Origin: Candidatus Micrarchaeota archaeon
GTDB lineage: Archaea; Micrarchaeota; Micrarchaeia; CABMEP01
Length of the DNA stretch: 64,000 bases
Assembly: GCA_026413625.1 (NCBI GenBank)
Contig: JAOAKO010000003.1
Coordinates: forward strand, 2,507 to 66,506
Direction: 5' to 3'
The notes under the pieces are model-generated. The model worked only from the letters and a program-made list of their open reading frames with translations. It searched no databases and was not told where the DNA came from. The translations under genes and the position numbers were made by a program. Positions 55,831-63,712 of the stretch are shown here, piece after piece (position 1 is the first letter of the stretch; the number at the start of each line of letters is the position of its first letter).

Positions 55831-56181
55831 ATGAGAAAATTAACAATATTATTCGTTATTTCAGCCATGTCATTAGTATTTGCACAAACTACTGAGGTAA
55901 CACAAAGATTGATAGTTGGTTTGAACAATATTTGCGTTCAGTTAACACAGATTCTTCCGATCATTGCAATAGTGCTATTTGTACTTGCAGCAGTGGTCTA
56001 CGGAATCGGCCATGTATTTGGAGCAGAAATGAAATCAAAGGCAACAGGATGGGCCACGTCTATGGTAGTTGGAGCAGTAATCTCCCTTTTGATCTTTCTT
56101 TTAGCAAGGCCAATTTTAGGGGTTTTCGTTCCAGAAATCTCAACTTCTGATTTCTGCACTGAAAGATTCTATCCATACTGA
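55831..56181 (+). CDS. VirB2/TrbC-like pilin candidate, paralog 3
   Basis: 116 aa from the ATG at 55831, which has the SD AGGTGA upstream. Signal peptide MRKLTILFVISAMSLVFA, then LNNIC, helix 1 LPIIAIVLFVLAAVVYGIG, loop FGAEMKSKATGW, helix 2 ATSMVVGAVISLLIFLLARPIL and a C-terminal DFCTERF. Confidence 0.6.
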   Translation: MRKLTILFVISAMSLVFAQTTEVTQRLIVGLNNICVQLTQILPIIAIVLFVLAAVVYGIGHVFGAEMKSKATGWATSMVVGAVISLLIFLLARPILGVFVPEISTSDFCTERFYPY

Positions 56182-56263
56182 TTTTTTCTTTTTATTAATA
56201 ACTTCTTTCTTTTCTTCTATGCAATAACATAGTATTTAAAAACTTTTTAAAGAAATAAGTATC

Positions 56264-57085
56264 ATGGCACTCGGATTTACTACTAGACAAATGGCATACG
56301 CAGCTATAGGCGTTTCAATATTGGTTTTCCTAGTAATGGCAACGCTTCCAGGGGGAAGTACGCTTCAATTTGTTTTGGCAGGTTTGTCTCTTTTTACAGC
56401 AGTTCTCTCATTTTTGATTTGGAAGTATGGATATTGGGCAATACCATACATCACGAAACGTCTGAATATCATTGAAGTTCATGACGGACAATGGGAAACC
56501 ACTCCCGCACAGGATGCGATAGTTAAAAAGATAGGAGACGAGTATTACGCATCTGTATTTTTGCACATAAAGATGTACAAGTCAACTACAGAAAGGTCTC
56601 AAGAAGAAAACATGGTTTTCATAGACGCATTTGAAAGGGCAATAGCAAATATCAAATATCCAGTTAAGGTTTCAACTCTTCTATATGCAAAGGATATAGC
56701 CAAATACAGGGAGGATGTCGAAACAAAGAAATACGAGGCCCAGTTAAAGCTCCAAAGGGAGAGAGAGAAATCAGAGCCTGATGTATTGGCATTGGATAGA
56801 TTGGAAAAAGAAGTGGCCATGTATGAGGCTGAATTAAACAGAATAATGTCTGGAGAAAGGCCTATGGGACTAATTTCATATGCAATGACAACCGGAGTGG
56901 GCGTTACAAAGGATGCAGCCGTAGCGGTTGCAAAGAACCAGGCGGCAGAAATAAAGACTCTCATAGCAAACGCGCTTAATGTTGAAGTCTCATATCTATA
57001 CGGAGAAGATATGATGAAGTGCTATGATCTTGAACACATGGTGCCCCCAACAGTTAAGGCATTAAAGGAATTTGTGGAAGCATGA
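56264..57085 (+). CDS. membrane protein: N-terminal TM hairpin (VirB3-like) plus soluble domain (possible detached VirB4 N-domain)
   Basis: 273 aa. There are two TM helices in the first ~55 aa (AAIGVSILVFLVMATL and FVLAGLSLFTAVLSFLIW), then a ~215-aa soluble domain. The stop lies 15 nt before the ATPase gene. The assignment rests on architecture only. Confidence 0.45.
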   Translation: MALGFTTRQMAYAAIGVSILVFLVMATLPGGSTLQFVLAGLSLFTAVLSFLIWKYGYWAIPYITKRLNIIEVHDGQWETTPAQDAIVKKIGDEYYASVFLHIKMYKSTTERSQEENMVFIDAFERAIANIKYPVKVSTLLYAKDIAKYREDVETKKYEAQLKLQREREKSEPDVLALDRLEKEVAMYEAELNRIMSGERPMGLISYAMTTGVGVTKDAAVAVAKNQAAEIKTLIANALNVEVSYLYGEDMMKCYDLEHMVPPTVKALKEFVEA

Positions 57086-57100
57086 AGGCACATTTAGATA

Positions 57101-58693
57101 ATGTCCTTATCGGGTGAATTGATGGGAGATTTGAAGATACACGATGTCCAAAATACAGACATAGGAAGAAGAGCGATTATCGTGAGCCCCCCCGAACCTC
57201 CCGCAGAATATCTAATGGGAGACCCAAAAGATTCTATTTATTTGGGCAGAACGACAGTTTTTAACGTTCCGTTTTATTGGAACTTTAGACGGCTTACAAA
57301 TCCTCACATAGCAATTACAGGTATAACTGGTTCTGGTAAATCTTACCTAATTAAAACCTTTCTTCTTAGGGCCGCATTGGTATGGAATGCTAATGCGATT
57401 ATTATCGACTGGGCAGGAGAGTATAAGGCGTGGGTTAAGCAAGTAAACGGAATTGTTGTTGCATTGGGAAGAGGATCTTTTCTAAATCTTCTTGATTTAG
57501 GCGGGATGAAGCCATCCGATAGGATAAAACAGGTCATAAGGTCTCTTGAAATACTCACAGATATAGGCCAGTATCCAGAACAGAGAAGGCTAATAGAGGA
57601 AGCAATTGAAAAGGCTTATCTTAATGCAGGATTCAAGCTCTCCGAAAAGGATCAAAAAGACGCGTTAGGAAACCCACTAAGACCACCAACTCTTAAGGAT
57701 GTCCAGAAGAATCTCCAAGAGATGCTTGAGGCAGGAACATATGAGTTTCCAGCCGAGCTTCAGAATGCAATTTATAAAATAAAGAAATTTACACTAGAAG
57801 GTGACGATTATTTTGCAGAACAGTCGACTATAGATTTAGACAAACTCCTCACTTCAGGTCTGGTTGCAATTGATCTTTCCGGATTGCCGGATGAAACCTT
57901 CCGCGCATTGGCTGCCCTCACAATTTTGCAGTTCATTAAGGAAAAGATGAGAATGGAAGGGTGGAAGCCTGAAAAAGGGATAAAACTTCTGGTCGTTTTG
58001 GATGAAGCTTGGAAGATTTCAAAGGATGAAAACAGCGATGCGGTTATGATCGTAAGAGAGGGAAGAAAGTACCAATTTGCATTGATTGTCGCATCTCAAA
58101 CTCCAACAGATATAAGCGAGGTTATTTTTAGCAATGTTGGAACAGTGATAATGCTTAGACTAAAATTTGAAAAGTATCTTGACTACTTGCAAAATTCATT
58201 AAGATTCAGTAATTACATACGCCAGCAAATACTTGGCTTTGGGGTTGGCCAGGCAGCGATATCAATGGCATACGAGCAAACAACTCCATTTAGCGAGACC
58301 TTTATCTTAAAAAGAATTGACGGTGAAGAACCGATAGTGGATTACTTTATCGATATTTTATCCGTGCTAACAGAAGCACAGAGAAGGGATGAGACCATGC
58401 CGAAGAGTTTTTCAATGGAGAGAACAGCTTTCAAGAAGAGATTAAGAGAGATGGGGCTTAATGATCAAAGGGTTGAAGAACTGTCAACATTAATAGAGAA
58501 GAAAGCAAAGCACATCGACGCAATCGAATTTGTAATAGAATTAGAAAGGAGCGGTGTGAGCAGGAAAACGATAACGATGTTTTTCAGAGAACTTGGAATT
58601 GACGACAGCACAATTATCAATATCTTTACCAGAGCAGATCAGAAAAAGACAGGCGCAGGAGAAAGAGAGCTAACGCAAGTTACACTTGAATAG
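57101..58693 (+). CDS. VirB4/TraC-like (HerA-FtsK superfamily) P-loop ATPase
   Basis: Walker A is HIAITGITGSGKSYL and Walker B is KLLVVLDEAWKI (the DEAW form is typical of VirB4/TrbE). Also present are REGRKYQFALIVASQTPTDI and the NPLD-like FLNLLDL. There are no TM helices. Confidence 0.7.
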   Translation: MSLSGELMGDLKIHDVQNTDIGRRAIIVSPPEPPAEYLMGDPKDSIYLGRTTVFNVPFYWNFRRLTNPHIAITGITGSGKSYLIKTFLLRAALVWNANAIIIDWAGEYKAWVKQVNGIVVALGRGSFLNLLDLGGMKPSDRIKQVIRSLEILTDIGQYPEQRRLIEEAIEKAYLNAGFKLSEKDQKDALGNPLRPPTLKDVQKNLQEMLEAGTYEFPAELQNAIYKIKKFTLEGDDYFAEQSTIDLDKLLTSGLVAIDLSGLPDETFRALAALTILQFIKEKMRMEGWKPEKGIKLLVVLDEAWKISKDENSDAVMIVREGRKYQFALIVASQTPTDISEVIFSNVGTVIMLRLKFEKYLDYLQNSLRFSNYIRQQILGFGVGQAAISMAYEQTTPFSETFILKRIDGEEPIVDYFIDILSVLTEAQRRDETMPKSFSMERTAFKKRLREMGLNDQRVEELSTLIEKKAKHIDAIEFVIELERSGVSRKTITMFFRELGIDDSTIINIFTRADQKKTGAGERELTQVTLE

Positions 58694-59144
58694 AATTCTA
58701 AATTATTGCATATCGGGTGATTTTGTGGCAAAAATTTGTGTGATTGGAAAAGAAGAGATCAAAGGATCAAATTACAAACCGATTAGAGATGATGTTGTAA
58801 TCTCATCAATAAGGAAGATAAAACGATTCTTTAAGGTCGCTGCTGAAAATGAGCTTGTAGTTTGCGATAAACATTTAGAGGAAGCAGTGAAAAGGAGAAA
58901 AGAATTCGAATCCTCAATAGTAAAGATAGTAGCGGTAACCGCAGTAATCGCAGTAATTGCAATAATTCTTGCTTTGTTAAACAACTCGCTTAATTTTATA
59001 CCTGCAACAATTTCAATGGTAATATTATTGTTCATTCTCTTACTTTTTGTATCGCTTTTTAGATATTTTCCTTCAGTAGATCATAACGTAGAACAGAAAA
59101 AAGTCATTACTTCAAAACGAAGACAGATTACTAAGAGGAGATAA
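58686..59144 (+). CDS. small membrane protein with two C-terminal TM helices (orphan)
   Basis: The N-terminal ~75 aa are soluble. The TM helices are IVAVTAVIAVIAIILALL and ISMVILLFILLLFVSLF, followed by a basic tail. The start is the TTG at 58686, overlapping the ATPase stop, or the GTG at 58725. Confidence 0.55.
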   Translation: MNRILNYCISGDFVAKICVIGKEEIKGSNYKPIRDDVVISSIRKIKRFFKVAAENELVVCDKHLEEAVKRRKEFESSIVKIVAVTAVIAVIAIILALLNNSLNFIPATISMVILLFILLLFVSLFRYFPSVDHNVEQKKVITSKRRQITKRR

Positions 59145-59145
59145 A

Positions 59146-59889
59146 ATGGCATCGTTAGACAATAAAGATCAAGTATCTTCTAAGGAACCTTTTGTAGAAG
59201 GGTTTAAAATAGATGCAAAAATGCTTAAAGGATCACAAGAAGTTATAGATGCGCTTTCTCCACTTCAGTTTTTAGATCTCGTAGAAACTAAAAGCGGAAT
59301 AGTTGCAATAAATATTGAGAGAAGAGACATTCAGAAGAACCCGTACCTCTTTTCTATAATATATCTCAATCCAGACAGCATAGAGATAATTTACAGTTAT
59401 AATCCGGATGAAAGTCCTAAGAAAAGAAGACTGGAAATACTGAGATATTTTCTTAACATTTTAACGCTGCTTGAAAATGTATATTTCATAAATCATAAAC
59501 AGCTTTATCAGATTGTTGATAATTTCATGTCAAGGCTTTTGGAATATACATCCTCAACTTATGAAGAGTTATTCTCAAAATACGACTCTGTCAGAGAAGA
59601 ATGCGAAAGAATAAAGAAGCAGCTTTCAGAGACAATAGCAGCAAACGAAAACCTCAGAAAATCAAATATAGAGCTTAAGGAAAAGCAGAACGAGTTGCTT
59701 TTGAGAATAAAAGAGCTTGAATCTGTCTCTGACGAAATTCTTATTTCAAGAATCCAAACTTGGCTTGATGAGCATAATTATGAAATAAATATCTCTGACT
59801 TTGCTAGGATAAATAAAGTTAGCGAGCAGAGGGTCGAAGAAATACTTAATAAAATGGTAAGAGAAGGGTACCTAGCTCAAAGAGAATGA
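59146..59889 (+). CDS. cytoplasmic coiled-coil protein with C-terminal winged-helix-like domain (orphan)
   Basis: Central heptad-rich region: REECERIKKQLSETIAANENLRKSNIELKEKQNELLLRIKELE. C-terminus: ISDFARINKVSEQRVEEILNKMVREGYLAQ. It starts 1 nt after the upstream stop, with the SD AAGAGGAG. Confidence 0.6.
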   Translation: MASLDNKDQVSSKEPFVEGFKIDAKMLKGSQEVIDALSPLQFLDLVETKSGIVAINIERRDIQKNPYLFSIIYLNPDSIEIIYSYNPDESPKKRRLEILRYFLNILTLLENVYFINHKQLYQIVDNFMSRLLEYTSSTYEELFSKYDSVREECERIKKQLSETIAANENLRKSNIELKEKQNELLLRIKELESVSDEILISRIQTWLDEHNYEINISDFARINKVSEQRVEEILNKMVREGYLAQRE

Positions 59890-59910
59890 AATATATCTAA
59901 GAGGAAGATT

Positions 59911-62517
59911 ATGCCTGAAGAGACAAAAACAAAAAAGTTTGCACGGGTTCATAGGGCGCTATATAAATTCAATATACAACGCCTATTCATACCAATTAAA
60001 AGATATGCAAAAAAAGCAACAGAGATTACTCCGCAAGTTTTAATCAATTCTATTTCGTCTCTCTTTCAACCTAAGAAAAAAGAAGAAACGAAAGTAATAA
60101 AGCCAGCAAGGCGCATTACAACCCCATCTCCACTGCTTAACGTGATTATTATAGTTTTTCTTTGTCTGATCGCAATAGGCGCGTATTTCATCTTTGTTTA
60201 TTATACTACACCCGGTGTACCTGAAGTTCCGATTGCAGTAGAGCTTTCAAAGCCAAATATAGTGGTCAATGTATTAAGTTCAGGTTATCTAGATTCATCT
60301 TCTGATCAGACACGCTGGTTTGTGCTTCTTGATGTTTTAGCTCAAAATACAACCGAACTAAATTTCGACTTCGTGGTTCAACAGCAATTCATTCCAAATG
60401 ATGTCTACATATTGAAGGTCCCAAACTATCAATTTGCTTCAAACTATCCTCAGTTTTATTCACGGCTAAAAAGTTCGCTTGAAAGGAAAGGTTTGTTTCT
60501 GTCAGAAATTACAATTGAAGAAATGGTTTCTTTACCTAAAACCAGAAAAATCATATTAATTGTTCCTTCGGGTTATTTACCTGCTGTTTTTATAGGTGAA
60601 GAATATAAAAATTTTACATTGAAAAAATTTGTTGAAAACGGAAATGTATTGATATACATAGGATACAAACCAACTGACAGCGTTTTATATAGCTCGCTGC
60701 CAAATCCCCAGCCGATTTCTCAAGAAAAGATTGCAGATTGGCAGCTTTCATTTGATTCCGCCTCAGGCCAGCCACAATTTTTCTCATTCAAAAACCCACT
60801 ATACTCCATCAAATCAATAGGGACAGCCGCTACGCGCCCAATAATTAGTGGAGACCCTGGAGGTTTTTCAATTAAATGGGAAGGAGATGGTTTCGCATAT
60901 TTTATACCTACAACAATTGATTTCTGGTGGCAATTCTCAGGAGAAAAATCTGCCGATGAATTGGCTGACGCAATTATCAATGCAAGATGGGGTTACGGTC
61001 TTTCAAGAATACAAAAAACGCTGCAGGTTAACGGGTCTTTCAAAGGTCAGATTATACTGTTTACCTCACCATTCAGATTTCCAGACGGCACAAGAGTCAC
61101 CCGTTCTTATGGAAAACTATATCTACAGGGAATAAATAAAGTTAATAATGTCACTGAGGCGGTAGGGTCGTCTATATCTGTAAGATTCCCAATGCGGCCG
61201 AAAGGATTGTTGATGCACGATGATTCTGCAATCAATTCGTTCATATCCGGGAATCCATTAGAAATAAAATATTCTTTAAATGAGAATACAACCGAATTGA
61301 AGCAACTCTATTTGTCCGCGATAAACCAAAACAATGAAGAGGTATTATTTATTCCAATTACTGCAGCGCCAGTCCCGCTAAAGCTCTCAAATGCAGTTTA
61401 TAGATTTGACAATCAGCTTAAGAGCGGAGAATATATTTTAAGGATAAGCGACGATAAAAGAAACACTTTTGCCCAATCATATCTTTCAATGCTTTCCTTT
61501 AAGATCGAACCTTATATAACTGATTTCTTGCAGGGAAATTTCATATTCAACGTTTACATTCTGCCAAGTGGAGAGGAGTATACTTCAGTATTAAAAAACA
61601 TAGAGGTGTCTTTAGATGGGGGAGATGTTAAAAGATTAGATGCGACAAAGGGCAGAATCATATACAATGCTACCCCCATAACAGCTCCAGGAATGTATAC
61701 ATTTACATTCAAATTTGGTCCGGATGTAATAAGTGTTCCAGTCCAGTATACTCGACCTGTTTCAATGTTTGAGAGGCCAGAGAATATAGCGATGGGAATA
61801 ATTGCAATTCTTTTATTTGCAATCGGATATTTGATCTCAAGGCCAGAAGCGGTTAAATATGCAATAGACGTTCCAGATTTCCCACCATTGCAATCTATCG
61901 CAGTACCAATAAAGCGCGAGAAAATTCTTGAAATATTTGATCAAGTTAATGCTGACCTGAAATGGAAAAACACTCCATTAACAATAAATGATCTAAAGAT
62001 GGGATTTAGAAAGATAATGTTTAGAGGGAAGCCTTTGCTTGTTGGGGATTATAATCTAGAGATGATTTTAGATAAGCTTAAGGAAGAGGGATATGTAGTC
62101 CAATCGATGGAATATTACGGGCTTAAGCGCTGGGAAAAGGAGACAAGGAAATCCATCTATTATCTTGCTTTGGTAAGGGCTTTGCGAGACATATTTGTTA
62201 CAGAAGGAATTCCATTTTTGCCGTTTGGACAAAGAGGGGATGCAGACACCGTACTTAGTTATGGCGGAGAAAATGTGTATGTCCATATATACGAGTCAGA
62301 TGCGGTAATAAAGAAAGCAATATACACCTCTTCAATAGGCAGAACTATCATTGTTTTTGAGAATGAATCAGTAATGAACGATTTTCTGTCAAGAATACAC
62401 ACTCCGGATCGCCAGAACGTGGTATTTAAACTTTTATTGGACAATGGAAAAATAAGCGTAGCACCTATTAATAAATTTATGAGTGTGCTGCAGAAAAAAG
62501 TAGTGTTTACATACTAG
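59911..62517 (+). CDS. 868-aa bitopic membrane protein: basic N-tail, TM, ~470-aa extracytoplasmic domain, TM, ~220-aa cytoplasmic domain (orphan)
   Basis: TM1 is LLNVIIIVFLCLIAIGAYFIFVYY and TM2 is IAMGIIAILLFAIGYLI. No catalytic motif is recognised. The C-terminal domain contains a wHTH-like ILDKLKEEGYVVQ. Confidence 0.65.
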   Translation: MPEETKTKKFARVHRALYKFNIQRLFIPIKRYAKKATEITPQVLINSISSLFQPKKKEETKVIKPARRITTPSPLLNVIIIVFLCLIAIGAYFIFVYYTTPGVPEVPIAVELSKPNIVVNVLSSGYLDSSSDQTRWFVLLDVLAQNTTELNFDFVVQQQFIPNDVYILKVPNYQFASNYPQFYSRLKSSLERKGLFLSEITIEEMVSLPKTRKIILIVPSGYLPAVFIGEEYKNFTLKKFVENGNVLIYIGYKPTDSVLYSSLPNPQPISQEKIADWQLSFDSASGQPQFFSFKNPLYSIKSIGTAATRPIISGDPGGFSIKWEGDGFAYFIPTTIDFWWQFSGEKSADELADAIINARWGYGLSRIQKTLQVNGSFKGQIILFTSPFRFPDGTRVTRSYGKLYLQGINKVNNVTEAVGSSISVRFPMRPKGLLMHDDSAINSFISGNPLEIKYSLNENTTELKQLYLSAINQNNEEVLFIPITAAPVPLKLSNAVYRFDNQLKSGEYILRISDDKRNTFAQSYLSMLSFKIEPYITDFLQGNFIFNVYILPSGEEYTSVLKNIEVSLDGGDVKRLDATKGRIIYNATPITAPGMYTFTFKFGPDVISVPVQYTRPVSMFERPENIAMGIIAILLFAIGYLISRPEAVKYAIDVPDFPPLQSIAVPIKREKILEIFDQVNADLKWKNTPLTINDLKMGFRKIMFRGKPLLVGDYNLEMILDKLKEEGYVVQSMEYYGLKRWEKETRKSIYYLALVRALRDIFVTEGIPFLPFGQRGDADTVLSYGGENVYVHIYESDAVIKKAIYTSSIGRTIIVFENESVMNDFLSRIHTPDRQNVVFKLLLDNGKISVAPINKFMSVLQKKVVFTY

Positions 62518-62538
62518 CACGCTTTTCTAAATTTTAAT

Positions 62539-63675
62539 TTAAATTTTTGAAGGGGTATTGATTAACTCATGGTAAATCTTTATTTGACGTCTTATTGATT
62601 TTTCAATGGAGTGCTCTTTTGCTATTTTAATCGCATTTTCCGCCAGTTTTTTCTTGTTCCTAATGCATTTCACTACTGCAGCAGCGCAACCCTTAACATC
62701 ATGAGGCTTGAATAAATATCCGTTATAGCCTTCTTTAACAAGATCAGGTATTGCAAGATAGTCTGCCCCGGCCACAGGCAAACCGCAAGCTAGCGCCTCA
62801 AGGCAGGAAAGGCCTTGTGTCTCAAACATTGAAGGAAATGCAAAAACATCCGCATTGTGATAAAATTCAACAATGCCCTTATGCCTCACTCCGCTTATAA
62901 ATATGAACAGGTCTTCCACTTTGTGCTTTTTAACCATTTCTTTGTACGTCTGCTCCATTGGGCCGCTACCCACTATCACAAATAACACATTAGGTATTTC
63001 TTTTTTGATCAAATGGGCGGCCTTAATGAGAACCTCAAGATTCTTTTCCTTGACAAGCCTGCCTGTGTAAAGGACTACAGTTCTGTCTTTCCACATTTTC
63101 TTTTCTCCAGGCTTAAATCTATCTAGATCTATTCCATTCGATATGACTTCGACGTTTTTTATTCCGTTTTTAATGCATTCTTTTCTCATGTATTCGCTTG
63201 GAACTATCACTTTGTCGCACTGGTTGTAATACCACCTTAGATATCGCCATGCAACCCTTTTCATTATTTTTTGCATCGGCTTGATCGGCGCAATATAATG
63301 CGTGGCTTCCTGTATGTTCGTATGCAATGTTCCAATCAACGGCTTCTTAAGGATTGTTGCGGCGTAGAGCGCAGCCAACCCCATCGGCCCCATTCCGTGA
63401 GAATGAATTATGTCGACTTTTTCTTTTCTTGCAATTTCTTCGGCATCCGGATACGGAAATATCGCAAGCTTATAAGTTGGATATGGGATAAAGTCTACAG
63501 AAGGGAATATGTAGGCAGCGTCTTTTTTTCTTCTTTTCTTTAAATCTGCAGTTCCGGCTGCAAACACAATTACTTCGTTTCCAAGCTTTTCCAGTCTTTC
63601 TTTAGTGTTGCTTATTGCAACAACCACCCCGTCAACATTCGGATACCATGTTTCTGTAAAGAACGCAATTTTCAT
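62539..63675 (-). CDS. GT4-family (GT-B) glycosyltransferase
   Basis: MKIAFFTETWYPNVDGV is at the N-terminus. The C-terminal E-x7-E motif is FETQGLSCLEALACGLPV. Confidence 0.88.
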   Translation of the reverse strand: MKIAFFTETWYPNVDGVVVAISNTKERLEKLGNEVIVFAAGTADLKKRRKKDAAYIFPSVDFIPYPTYKLAIFPYPDAEEIARKEKVDIIHSHGMGPMGLAALYAATILKKPLIGTLHTNIQEATHYIAPIKPMQKIMKRVAWRYLRWYYNQCDKVIVPSEYMRKECIKNGIKNVEVISNGIDLDRFKPGEKKMWKDRTVVLYTGRLVKEKNLEVLIKAAHLIKKEIPNVLFVIVGSGPMEQTYKEMVKKHKVEDLFIFISGVRHKGIVEFYHNADVFAFPSMFETQGLSCLEALACGLPVAGADYLAIPDLVKEGYNGYLFKPHDVKGCAAAVVKCIRNKKKLAENAIKIAKEHSIEKSIRRQIKIYHELINTPSKI

Positions 63676-63712
63676 TTTTCCACTCCTTTTAATTTTTCAT
63701 AGTTTCAATCTT

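Noticed and set aside
54945-56181. Interpretation of the three small proteins as archaeal type IV pilins / class III signal-peptide proteins
   Set aside because: Paralog 1 begins MKKLG-hydrophobic, which superficially resembles a class III signal. However, all three proteins have two additional long hydrophobic helices and no globular beta-rich domain. Paralog 3 lacks the Gly at the putative cleavage site. No PilB/FlaI-type ATPase, PilC/FlaJ platform or prepilin peptidase is nearby. The VirB2-like reading fits better.
57101-58693. Interpretation of the ATPase as the DNA-repair helicase HerA
   Set aside because: No NurA, Mre11 or Rad50 genes are adjacent. The Walker B is of the DEAW type rather than the form I associate with HerA. 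The gene is embedded among membrane and pilin-like genes. RadA lies 3.4 kb away on the other strand and is not in the same operon.
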